From positions 1-64,000 of the forward strand of contig CAXXSM010000012.1 of NCBI GenBank assembly GCA_963663405.2: a stretch of 64,000 nucleotides of DNA, in the 5' to 3' direction. The notes under the pieces were generated by a model. That model searched no databases, had not been told where the DNA came from, and was given only the letters and a program-made list of their open reading frames with translations. Shown here in pieces: positions 10,272 through 19,090 of this stretch; the first letter of the stretch is position 1; each line of letters opens with the position of its first letter. Source of the DNA: a bacterium. GTDB taxonomy: Bacteria > Hinthialibacterota > Hinthialibacteria > Hinthialibacterales > Hinthialibacteraceae. The position numbers were made by a program, and so were the translations under genes.

Positions 10272-11471
10272 GTGAAGCGATTCCTTCCTCTTAGCAGTAT
10301 TATTTTGTCCTTGTATATCTTCGGCGCATGCGGTGATTCCTCTCCAAACCCAGAAACAACGCTTGCAGAGAGTGAAACGCCTCAACAATTCCGCGCGAAT
10401 TTCCAGTTGGATTCCAAGCCCGATTCCATCGATGACAAATTAGTCGCGGAATGGAATGGAGGGAAACTCTACCTATCACAGATTAATAAGATCCTTGAAC
10501 CACGGAAAAGAAAACTGCGTGAGGTTACGCAAGATGAGAACACAATCGATCAGATGATCGCGAAAGAACGGCCTCAAATTGTAGAGACGCTGGTTGATAA
10601 TTACCTTCTTCTCATGGAAGCGCGCGATCAAGATGTTATATTATCCCCCCTCGACCAGGACCAAATCCGTAAAGAAATTCATTCCCGGTTCAATACACAA
10701 GAAGAATATGAGGCCTATCTCAAACAATCCGGGGACTCAGAAGAATCTCTATTTCAAGTTCTGGCGAACATCCGTATTGGGCAAAAATGCGTCCAGAACG
10801 AACAGAAAAAAGTCAAAAAAGAAATCACGACAGAATACATGAAGGCCTATTACGAAGAGAACAAAAAAATGTTCACCCCCCCCCATCGGTCCGCCGTCAA
10901 CCGGATTATCATCCGTGAGAATGAAACGCGAACCTTGGAAGAAGCGGAAAAACTGGCGAAACGTTTGTACAATGAAGTGCAAGAGAAAATTAATCATTTA
11001 GATACGTTTGACGAGAAACGAAAGGTCATGCAGGAATACGCGGAAAAATATTCCGACGCGGCGGAAGCAAAAATTAATTACGGTTTTATCTACATTTATC
11101 ATGATGATTCCGCCAAAGAAAGTTACACCAAAGAATTCTTAGATGAATTACTGCGGGTAAAGGTAGGAGAACTCTCTTCTTTAGTCCGTACGAAGAAGGG
11201 ATACGGTTTCTTCTTCCCGAAGGAACAGATTCCCTCCCGCGCCAATCCATTTGAATCCAAAGCGATCCAACGGATGCTGCCCAACATGATTCTCGTAGAA
11301 CGCATGAAAGAGTGGCGGGAATCTTTGAAAGATAAATTCAATCTGCATGTATATTATGAGAATCTCGACCTGCCTCCAAACATGGAAAAATATGCGCAAA
11401 ACATCTATCCTTCTACAAAAACCGTCCGATCTACTAGACCATCCAAATCACCACGCCCCGTTATGAAATAA
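10272..11471 (+). CDS. PrsA/SurA-like parvulin foldase lipoprotein
   Basis: Lipobox FGAC; SurA-N-like VAEWNG...LVDNYLLLMEA; YYEENK..F; AEKYSD; LKVGELS.LVRT..GY. Confidence 0.8.
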   Translation: MKRFLPLSSIILSLYIFGACGDSSPNPETTLAESETPQQFRANFQLDSKPDSIDDKLVAEWNGGKLYLSQINKILEPRKRKLREVTQDENTIDQMIAKERPQIVETLVDNYLLLMEARDQDVILSPLDQDQIRKEIHSRFNTQEEYEAYLKQSGDSEESLFQVLANIRIGQKCVQNEQKKVKKEITTEYMKAYYEENKKMFTPPHRSAVNRIIIRENETRTLEEAEKLAKRLYNEVQEKINHLDTFDEKRKVMQEYAEKYSDAAEAKINYGFIYIYHDDSAKESYTKEFLDELLRVKVGELSSLVRTKKGYGFFFPKEQIPSRANPFESKAIQRMLPNMILVERMKEWRESLKDKFNLHVYYENLDLPPNMEKYAQNIYPSTKTVRSTRPSKSPRPVMK

Positions 11472-11934
11472 TTCAGTTGAATTTACGCCATGAATCGATA
11501 AACCTGCGCGGAGTCCATAAAAACAAGAAAGCAACATGGAAAGCGATTCTTTTCTGACGATTTTGAATGAATTGAATATACTTACTATACCGTGTGCGCC
11601 TTCTTCGGATAGCTCATACGGTGGCGTTTTGTAATTCCCAACTCAACAATCTATTTTTGTATTCTGTGCTGTGACTCCGTCACAGCATGATATGTGGGAA
11701 CCGTCTTGTAAATGATTGAATGATACCGCGCCGTTCCTGGATAGATGCAATTCCGTTCCAAGGAAGCGCCGCGCGTATCGTTGATTTTCTCGATCGGTTA
11801 TAGAATGACAGTAAGTCTTTTCCAGGTAAATCTGGTCATTCATCGTTCTGAATCCTTTTTACGCCTGGGAAGGATTTACCGTAATCCTGCTATCATATTT
11901 TTTTTGTATTTTCAACTTAAAAGGAAAAGGCGAA

Positions 11935-13218
11935 ATGACGACGGAAAAAGAAATCAATTTATCGGCCGTTTTTGAAGTGATGTGGGAACGAGGGAAACGG
12001 ATTTTCATTTTTACGCTGGTCTGTATGGTCCTGGGAGCGCTGGCGTCGCTGCTGATTAAAAACCGCTACGCCTCAACCGCGCAATTGATAATGATTAAAT
12101 CGAAACTGGGTGAAAACACATTGAAAAATCCACCCGTTCAAATGGGAACGTTTTCGCATATGATTAAACGCCGCGGAGTTCTGCAGGAAGCGATTACTCA
12201 GTTTGAACTGGATAAAAAACCATATAAGATGAAATACATCGATGATTTAGCCGAGCGGGTGAACGTATATCTTTTTACCGACAGCGCGTTATTTGATATT
12301 TACGTCGAAATGGAAGACATGAATTTAGCGGCGAATATCGCCAACTTCCTTGCCCAAAAAGCGATCGAAGCAAGTTCACAGATGGCGGCGTATGAAAAAA
12401 TTACCAGCGCCAGCCATATTGAGATGGAAGTGGAAGCCTTGAATACGCAATTAAACGGTTTTCAGGATGTCTATCTCAATACACTGGTCACAAACATAAA
12501 ACCGGTGCTGCAGAAGGAATTGGATACCAATATGACCATTCTCGCCACGCTGCGGCAGGAAAAAGAGACGATCGATGGCGGGATTGTCCAAATAGAAAAT
12601 CAAATCGCGAATTACGATCGATTATTTTCCGCAACGGACACGGATTTTACAAAGTTTGTGATTACGCGCAAAAGCATTGTGAACGATCCTCTTGTATTTG
12701 AAGCCGTGCGGGAAAAAGCGAATATCAACCTGGAAGAGATCAGTGACCTCACTTTTCTCAGTGAAGACCTGGATGGAGGCTACGCGACTCTCCGGTTGGA
12801 ATACACGAAATTAAAAGTCGATCTGGAAGCGCAGAAAAAACTATCAGACTATAAAGACCAGCGAATCAAACAATTAGTAAAAACAGTCGCAGAACAACAA
12901 AAGGCCTTTTCGACAATGGATGTCAATGAAATGGTCGCCAAAGCCAATTTCGACCGGGAACTGGAAATCTTCGGTGGAGTGGATAAAGAGATGGGCTGGG
13001 TTGGAACTACAATCGCATCCGAGCGGCAGGATTTATGGTTGTTTGAAAAAGCGATCCCCGATCCAAAAAAAGTCTACCCCAGGCGGTCTCTGATCGTCGC
13101 GTTTATCGGTATCATGGCCTTTTTATTCTCTTTTTTATATTTCCTTCTCCGGGATCTTTACGGCCTCGTTGGATTTTCGATCTTTGAAGATGTCAAGAAT
13201 GAAGAATCAAAATCCTAG
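11935..13218 (+). CDS. Wzz/GumC-family polysaccharide co-polymerase-like protein (no kinase domain)
   Basis: EINL..VF..MW N-terminus, two TM helices flanking a coiled coil, AIPDPKKVYPRR motif before the C-terminal TM. Confidence 0.8.
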   Translation: MTTEKEINLSAVFEVMWERGKRIFIFTLVCMVLGALASLLIKNRYASTAQLIMIKSKLGENTLKNPPVQMGTFSHMIKRRGVLQEAITQFELDKKPYKMKYIDDLAERVNVYLFTDSALFDIYVEMEDMNLAANIANFLAQKAIEASSQMAAYEKITSASHIEMEVEALNTQLNGFQDVYLNTLVTNIKPVLQKELDTNMTILATLRQEKETIDGGIVQIENQIANYDRLFSATDTDFTKFVITRKSIVNDPLVFEAVREKANINLEEISDLTFLSEDLDGGYATLRLEYTKLKVDLEAQKKLSDYKDQRIKQLVKTVAEQQKAFSTMDVNEMVAKANFDRELEIFGGVDKEMGWVGTTIASERQDLWLFEKAIPDPKKVYPRRSLIVAFIGIMAFLFSFLYFLLRDLYGLVGFSIFEDVKNEESKS

Positions 13219-14363
13219 TCTATCCCAGCATTGAAACAATCGAGTATTTCCCGCGCGGCGTTCGCCGACGCTCTCTTTTCGCCTAACCGCAACCGGACCG
13301 TTTTGAGATCGTCTTTCATCTCTTGATAGCGGCTGGGTGATGAGAGAATGGTCTGCGTATGACGGGCCAGCGACTCAGGGTGACATTGTTCCTGTATAAA
13401 TTCCGCGCAAATTCCTTTCTGCGCGATCAAATTCACCATACCTATATACGGCGCCCGGACCAATCGGCGGCCGAGAAAGATATTAACCGGTCCGGTTCGG
13501 TAAACGACCGCCATAGGAATTCCAAGAAGGGCGTTTTCCAACGTCGCGGTTCCCGACGCGGTCCAAGCGAACGTGATTTCCTTCCGCAATCGATAATCCG
13601 GATCGCGGCGGATTTCGATCCAGGATGGAAGATCAAATCGCTTAAGCGCGTCCTCTGGCAAGGAACTCGCCAAGGGAAAAAGGAATCGCGCTCGTGGATT
13701 CCTCTCCCGGAGCCGCTTCGCCGCCTGTATCAGTGAAGGGAGGATATAACGCAACTCACTCCGCCGGCTTCCCGGCAACAATCCAATCAGGGGGGATTCG
13801 GGAACCGCGTTGGAATAAGAGTCCTGTGGGATTTCCTCCTCCATCACTCCAAACCGTTCCGCAAGTGGATGGCCGACATAGGTTGTATGAACGCCCCGCT
13901 CCGAGAAAAAAGCCTCTTCAAAGGGAAAGATCACCATTAACTTTTTGATGACCCTCCGCATCAATTCCACGCGCCCTTCACGCCATGCCCAGGCTTGCGG
14001 GGCGATATAGTACAACACAGGGATCCCTAATTCATGCGCCCGTTTGGCCAACCGCAGATGCAGCCCAGGAAAATCGACGAACAAGATCGCATCCGGTTTG
14101 CGTTCATTCCAAATTTCTTCAGCCAAGTGTTTAACGCGAGCCACCTGGGGCAGTTTCTTAATCACTTCCACAAATCCGATTAACGCCAGATCCGGCAGTG
14201 GATAAAGAATCTCAACACCAGCGTCTTTCATCCGGTTCCCGCCAAATCCAAATAATTCAATCCCCGGACATTGGTTTTTTAATTCTTCACAAAGCCGCGA
14301 AGCGTGTAATTCCGCTGATTCTTCCCCCACGGAGATAAACAGTTTGATTTTTTTTTGTTCCAT
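13215..14363 (-). CDS. lpxB: Lipid-A-disaccharide synthase
   Basis: SVGEESAELHA, VDFPGLHLRLAK, YYIAPQAWAWR, LLPGSRRSE, SGTATLE motifs; likely start ATG 14363. Confidence 0.95.
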   Translation of the reverse strand: MEQKKIKLFISVGEESAELHASRLCEELKNQCPGIELFGFGGNRMKDAGVEILYPLPDLALIGFVEVIKKLPQVARVKHLAEEIWNERKPDAILFVDFPGLHLRLAKRAHELGIPVLYYIAPQAWAWREGRVELMRRVIKKLMVIFPFEEAFFSERGVHTTYVGHPLAERFGVMEEEIPQDSYSNAVPESPLIGLLPGSRRSELRYILPSLIQAAKRLRERNPRARFLFPLASSLPEDALKRFDLPSWIEIRRDPDYRLRKEITFAWTASGTATLENALLGIPMAVVYRTGPVNIFLGRRLVRAPYIGMVNLIAQKGICAEFIQEQCHPESLARHTQTILSSPSRYQEMKDDLKTVRLRLGEKRASANAAREILDCFNAGID

Positions 14364-14370
14364 AGTCGAT

Positions 14371-16332
14371 TTATTCAAATTTGAAGGGCCGTTTGGCGCC
14401 GGATCTCCACTCTTTAAGGATCTCAAGATTGGCGGAAGGAAGTTTGTAATCTGGATTCACCGCCACAGACATTTTAAAATCATCTTCCGCCGCGTCCCAA
14501 TTGCCCCCGATCGCGCGAAGAACGCCTCTTTCATTAAAATAAATATGCGTAAACGGATCGTTGGTCAAAATCATATCCGTGAGCAGGTGATCGAACAATA
14601 CGATGAATTCAGGCGCGCGATGACCGTTAATCATCGCTTCAAACGCATAGTAATACCCTAAACGGTTCCATTCAAACTCATAGTATTTACCGGCAATATA
14701 CTTCCAGGGCTGGGGATGTCTGCCTTCGATAACCACAGCGGCGAGCAGAGCGTCCAAGGCTCTGTCCGGCTCGTGATTTTTTAGAAGATAAAATCCCTTT
14801 TCATAATATACTACCCAAGTAAATCGATCGTACGAACGGTACGTAGAGACATCGGATTGGCGTAAGGCTTCCTGACTTCGCACAACCGCAACCGCGCAGA
14901 TCAAATTGAGTAACAGCGCCACTGTCAATACCAGGCCGGAGATAGAAGGGATCAGCGCCGGTTTCCAACGCCGCCCAATCCAATAGATCAGCCCCAACAC
15001 CGTCATTACAGCGCCGGCGCCGAATAATCGTTCAAGACAATGCTCGCCCCATTCTGGCGAGGTGAAATGATTGATCACGCCAGGGAGAAAACCGGTGTGA
15101 ATCGCTTTGATGATTTCGGACCAGGTTTGGTAATGGTTCAGTTGGATGGTCCCGCCGACTTCAGCGATTAAGAGTGAGACAGTCCACAACGCGGCAAGAA
15201 CAGCGATACATTTCAACCATATCTTTGGAATCGCGTCAAAAAGAAAAGCCAATCCAATAATGAAAAGCGGCGTACAGCCGATCATCCGCCGGTTCCCGAA
15301 TGAACCGCCGGACCACCAGGCCAAGTTACAGGAGTAAATATAGAGCTGCAGCAGCGCAGGAATCGCAAACACAGCGCCCCGTTTCGAAAGAAACAATCCA
15401 AGCAGCCCGATTCCAAACAATGGGCTCCATGAAATCATCCCATGATAATCAGAAAACAGGGTGTTATAGATTTCCGGCTGGGTCCAGAGCACATCACCCG
15501 AACGGGGCAAAGCGAACCAGGATCCATACAATAACTTCCACACAAGCGTTTGGGGGGAAAAAGTCAGCCCCACTCCAAGAAACAACCCCGCCCAATCGGC
15601 TATACGCTTTTTCAAACAACAAGAGGTTTTTGATGACAAGGCTTCTTCAATAATTGGGATCAATATGAATAATAAATTGTGCGGACGCACAAGCGCGGCC
15701 ATACCGATCGCGCAGCCACAAAGGAATCCATGCCAGACGCGGCCCTCTTCTTGATACTGATGTCTCAAAAAAAGAAAAAGCGCAATGAAAAACGCGGAAG
15801 GAGGATGAGAATCCGCCGCATTCACATAGACATGATATGTGAACGAACTCCCTAGCCCAATTAAAGCCGCAGCCCAAATCGCGGAGGAATGAGAGATCCT
15901 TTCTATCCTACATAACCGGTAGGAAAGCCAGATCGTTCCACCACTATACACCATTGCCGCGCCAAACGTTACGATCCATTTCGATAACCAAGTCAGACCG
16001 GCGGCTTCTCCACCAGCGCCAAAGAATAGAGCGATCCACTCCACAAAACGCGCAAGTACCAGGAAGGGAATCCAACAGATCCCCGTTCCCATCGGCCAGT
16101 CATTGGCGGGATAGCCTTCCGCAGTTAAATACGTTTCATGAAACGCGAATGGAAACTGCGCATATTGATTGGCGAAACAAAAATCAAGATCGTATGTAAG
16201 CGAATGCGCGTACGAATAATAAAACGCCAAATCCGGTGGAGCGATGCGCACACGCCCAAAGAGCAAAAGAAAGAGTGAAAAGAAAAGAAAAAAAGAGAGG
16301 AAAACCGGCCGTTTCATTTCTGTTTTCAACAA
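14371..16332 (-). CDS. Multi-TM GT-C-type glycosyltransferase-like protein with C-terminal TPRs
   Basis: PDLAFYYSYAHSL..DLD; WWSGGSFGNRR; many TM helices; TPR-like tail. Confidence 0.65.
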   Translation of the reverse strand: MLKTEMKRPVFLSFFLFFSLFLLLFGRVRIAPPDLAFYYSYAHSLTYDLDFCFANQYAQFPFAFHETYLTAEGYPANDWPMGTGICWIPFLVLARFVEWIALFFGAGGEAAGLTWLSKWIVTFGAAMVYSGGTIWLSYRLCRIERISHSSAIWAAALIGLGSSFTYHVYVNAADSHPPSAFFIALFLFLRHQYQEEGRVWHGFLCGCAIGMAALVRPHNLLFILIPIIEEALSSKTSCCLKKRIADWAGLFLGVGLTFSPQTLVWKLLYGSWFALPRSGDVLWTQPEIYNTLFSDYHGMISWSPLFGIGLLGLFLSKRGAVFAIPALLQLYIYSCNLAWWSGGSFGNRRMIGCTPLFIIGLAFLFDAIPKIWLKCIAVLAALWTVSLLIAEVGGTIQLNHYQTWSEIIKAIHTGFLPGVINHFTSPEWGEHCLERLFGAGAVMTVLGLIYWIGRRWKPALIPSISGLVLTVALLLNLICAVAVVRSQEALRQSDVSTYRSYDRFTWVVYYEKGFYLLKNHEPDRALDALLAAVVIEGRHPQPWKYIAGKYYEFEWNRLGYYYAFEAMINGHRAPEFIVLFDHLLTDMILTNDPFTHIYFNERGVLRAIGGNWDAAEDDFKMSVAVNPDYKLPSANLEILKEWRSGAKRPFKFE

Positions 16333-16438
16333 AAGCGATTCATTCGTTATTAATTAATGCGTCTAGCGTACACGGACGAGACATACGCTCGTCATTACCC
16401 TACGATTCAAACGCGGTTTCCTATAAAATAGAAGACCT

Positions 16439-17056
16439 ATGAACGACTCGTGGAATCTCCTGAAAAACGCGCTCTGGCCCGCGGTCTTTTGGACGTGGGT
16501 GATTTGTGTTTCATTATGGGTGGAATTGACTTCGCTGAACTCATCGATGGGCAGCGGCGCCTCCCGATTTTCGGATATTGTATTTACCGGGATGCGTCTC
16601 GAACAGATTATGCAGGATGGGAGCTCGTTGATCATCAATTCCCCCAAAGCCTGGCTGGAAGGCGATGAGAACCGTCTCTATTTACAAACACCGGAATTGA
16701 CACGGAAAGACGCGAGAGATAACGTTTTCTCCGCCTCCTCGGCGATCGGTATCGTCACGGCGCGATTGTCTGAGAGCGCCCTTCCATTGGAGTTCAATTA
16801 TCTCGAATTGGCTGGAGGCGCAAACGCTGTAGGCAAAGGATCGTCGGTATCATCGGAACGGATGCTCTTGGATTGCAGAAAAAGAATTTTTTTTACATCA
16901 AATCCATGTCAATTCAAGAAAAACGAGATGAACGCCAACATGAATGTATCATTGCTCTACGACCCACTGAGTGACCGTGGCGAGCAAGTGAAAGACGAAT
17001 CAACAATACCCTGGATTCAGAAAAAAACCGGAGATGAGAAAAACGCCGGTCAATAA
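16439..17056 (+). CDS. LptC-like LPS export protein
   Basis: Single N-terminal TM followed by beta-jellyroll-like pattern (SPKAWL...LYLQTPEL...SSERMLLD); directly upstream of LptA-like gene. Confidence 0.5.
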   Translation: MNDSWNLLKNALWPAVFWTWVICVSLWVELTSLNSSMGSGASRFSDIVFTGMRLEQIMQDGSSLIINSPKAWLEGDENRLYLQTPELTRKDARDNVFSASSAIGIVTARLSESALPLEFNYLELAGGANAVGKGSSVSSERMLLDCRKRIFFTSNPCQFKKNEMNANMNVSLLYDPLSDRGEQVKDESTIPWIQKKTGDEKNAGQ

Positions 17057-17085
17057 TTGCATAATCCTTTTAATTTCTATACAAT
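17057..17085 (+). promoter_or_regulatory. Sigma70-type promoter for LptA-like gene
   Basis: TTGCAT-N17-TACAAT. Confidence 0.55.
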
Positions 17086-17141
17086 CATCGGAGTAGTAGC
17101 AAAGAATCATTGATATTCTATTATGAAAGGACCTTGGGACG

Positions 17142-18215
17142 ATGAGGGTTTCTTATAGCATAGCGCGGATGGGCATTTTTTCCTTTATAATTGGCGTATT
17201 TATGATGATTGATTGTCTCGCATGGGGACAGTCCTCTATTTCAACGAAGAGCGGGAAAGAGATACAAATCTTCGATGATTCCGAAATGGAGATGGACAAT
17301 CCCCTTTCCGATAATCCAACGTACTATTTGACTCCGAAAGAAGGCTCCGCTCTCGCGCATGTGCAAATTAAAGAGGGGACGGAAGTCAATGATCTCTTCG
17401 CGGAAAAAATCACCTACCTTCCCAAGACAGAGGAATTCAATCTCGAAGGGAACGCCCGGATTCAGCAGGGAAACAATGTTATGTCCGGGCCCGTGCGCAT
17501 CCAGTATGAGCCCGCCAAAAAAACCGTCATTCTGACTGGGTCCAAGGAGAAACCCGCCGAGATACTCTACACACGGGATGATGGTACCCCCGTTCAGATC
17601 AACGCCATTCAATTTACATTAACCTTGGATGACAGAGGAAGACTGAAAAATTTCAAAACAAAAGGGCATCTCTACTCGAAGATTCTTACCCAAGCCAGCC
17701 GGGGAAAGAGCGGTAAAGATATCCAGATCGGCGGCGAGACAGAATTAGAGATGGCCGATCCCTTGACCAAGGCCGCCAAGTATATCTTAACGCCCAAAAC
17801 CGGCGCCTCACGCGCGCATGTGCAAATTAAAGAAGGCGCGGAATTGAGTCATCTATTCGCAAAGACAATCACCTACTATCCCAGTACAGAACGATTCTAT
17901 CTCAACGGCCAAGGCCGGATCGAGCGGGGAGAGGATTTTATGTCGGGGCCCATCCGGATTGATTACAATCCATCAAGAAACCAGATGATTTTAGTGGGAT
18001 CGGAAAATAATCCCTCTGAAATTCAATTCTCCCGTGAGGATGGAACGCCCATTCATACAAAATCCGTTGGTTATACGCTTTTATTTGACACAACGGGAAA
18101 ATTACAGAATATAAAATCAAAAGGCCAAATTTCTTCCATCGTCCTTTTACCCGGCGAAAAAAAGGCGCCGGTTGCGAAAGAACCGTTAAGAAGAAAACTA
18201 AGCGGCCCGAAATAA
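17142..18215 (+). CDS. LptA/OstA-like periplasmic protein with internal tandem duplication
   Basis: Signal peptide; two 153-aa repeats each with LFA..ITY.P.TE.F.L.G..RI..G...MSG..RI.Y.P....IL.G OstA-like pattern. Confidence 0.65.
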   Translation: MRVSYSIARMGIFSFIIGVFMMIDCLAWGQSSISTKSGKEIQIFDDSEMEMDNPLSDNPTYYLTPKEGSALAHVQIKEGTEVNDLFAEKITYLPKTEEFNLEGNARIQQGNNVMSGPVRIQYEPAKKTVILTGSKEKPAEILYTRDDGTPVQINAIQFTLTLDDRGRLKNFKTKGHLYSKILTQASRGKSGKDIQIGGETELEMADPLTKAAKYILTPKTGASRAHVQIKEGAELSHLFAKTITYYPSTERFYLNGQGRIERGEDFMSGPIRIDYNPSRNQMILVGSENNPSEIQFSREDGTPIHTKSVGYTLLFDTTGKLQNIKSKGQISSIVLLPGEKKAPVAKEPLRRKLSGPK

Positions 18216-18376
18216 TCGATGAATAAGCGGCGAAGATAAAAATAGGAAGTTGCGAAGTCGTTTTCCTTTTCTTCATGCATCATTTAAAACCGAAAATAAA
18301 ACGCTTATTATTCAAATAAGCTGACATTTCAAAATCCTGAACGTAAAATATTAAACTTATATCGAATGAATAGGGG

Positions 18377-18405
18377 TTGCCTAAATGGCGCCGGACTTTT
18401 AGACT
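18377..18405 (+). promoter_or_regulatory. Sigma70-type promoter of efp
   Basis: TTGCCT-N17-TAGACT. Confidence 0.55.
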
Positions 18406-18483
18406 TCGATCCCAGATAAGAAAAAACGCAGAATGGAACTTCCTGCATACGACTAAATTCCTTACACAATTGGAGAGACTTGA

Positions 18484-19047
18484 ATGGGCATACCGATCAA
18501 AGCGACGGAAATCCGCAATAACACGAAACTGGAAATAGATGGTGAAGTGTATGTCTGCACGAAATTCGAACACCATACGCCGGGTAAAGGACAGGCGGTG
18601 GTCCGGATGAAAATCAAGAACATCAAAACGGGCCGCGTTCTAGACAGAACCGTCCGCTCGGGAGAATTCTTAGATCGAGTCGTGTTGGAACCCCGGAAAG
18701 TGCAGTATCTCTACCGGGATGAAAACTTGAATTTCATGAATGTAGAAGATTACGAGCAATTCGCATTGGCCCCCGAAGCGCTTTTAGGGAAAGACGTCTG
18801 GCTGAAAGAGAATACCGAATTGACACTGCTCTTTCACAACGGTGAACCGATCGATGTGGAAATGCCCGCGCATATGGAATATGAAGTAACCGAAACCGAT
18901 CCAGGCGTGCGGGGTGACACCGTTTCCGGTGGGACCAAACCGGCGACTCTCGAAACCGGCGCTGTGATCCAAGTTCCTCTTTTCATTAATATTGGAGACG
19001 TTCTCAAGGTTGATACCCGCGACGGAACCTACATCGAGCGTGTCTAA
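18484..19047 (+). CDS. efp: Translation elongation factor P
   Basis: HHTPGKGQAVVR loop; TDPGVRGDT; KPATLETGAVIQVPLFI; VDTRDGTYIERV. Confidence 0.98.
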   Translation: MGIPIKATEIRNNTKLEIDGEVYVCTKFEHHTPGKGQAVVRMKIKNIKTGRVLDRTVRSGEFLDRVVLEPRKVQYLYRDENLNFMNVEDYEQFALAPEALLGKDVWLKENTELTLLFHNGEPIDVEMPAHMEYEVTETDPGVRGDTVSGGTKPATLETGAVIQVPLFINIGDVLKVDTRDGTYIERV

Positions 19048-19090
19048 CGCGCTGTCTCTAACATCAACTCATTCGATTACACAATCAACC

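Noticed and set aside
11643-11975. Short ORFs 11643-11843(-) and 11745-11975(+)
   Set aside because: No RBS or recognisable motifs; mutually overlapping; region better explained as non-coding
18484-19047. Unusual EF-P modification system
   Set aside because: Ordinary PGKG loop and no epmA/earP-like neighbour to suggest anything special
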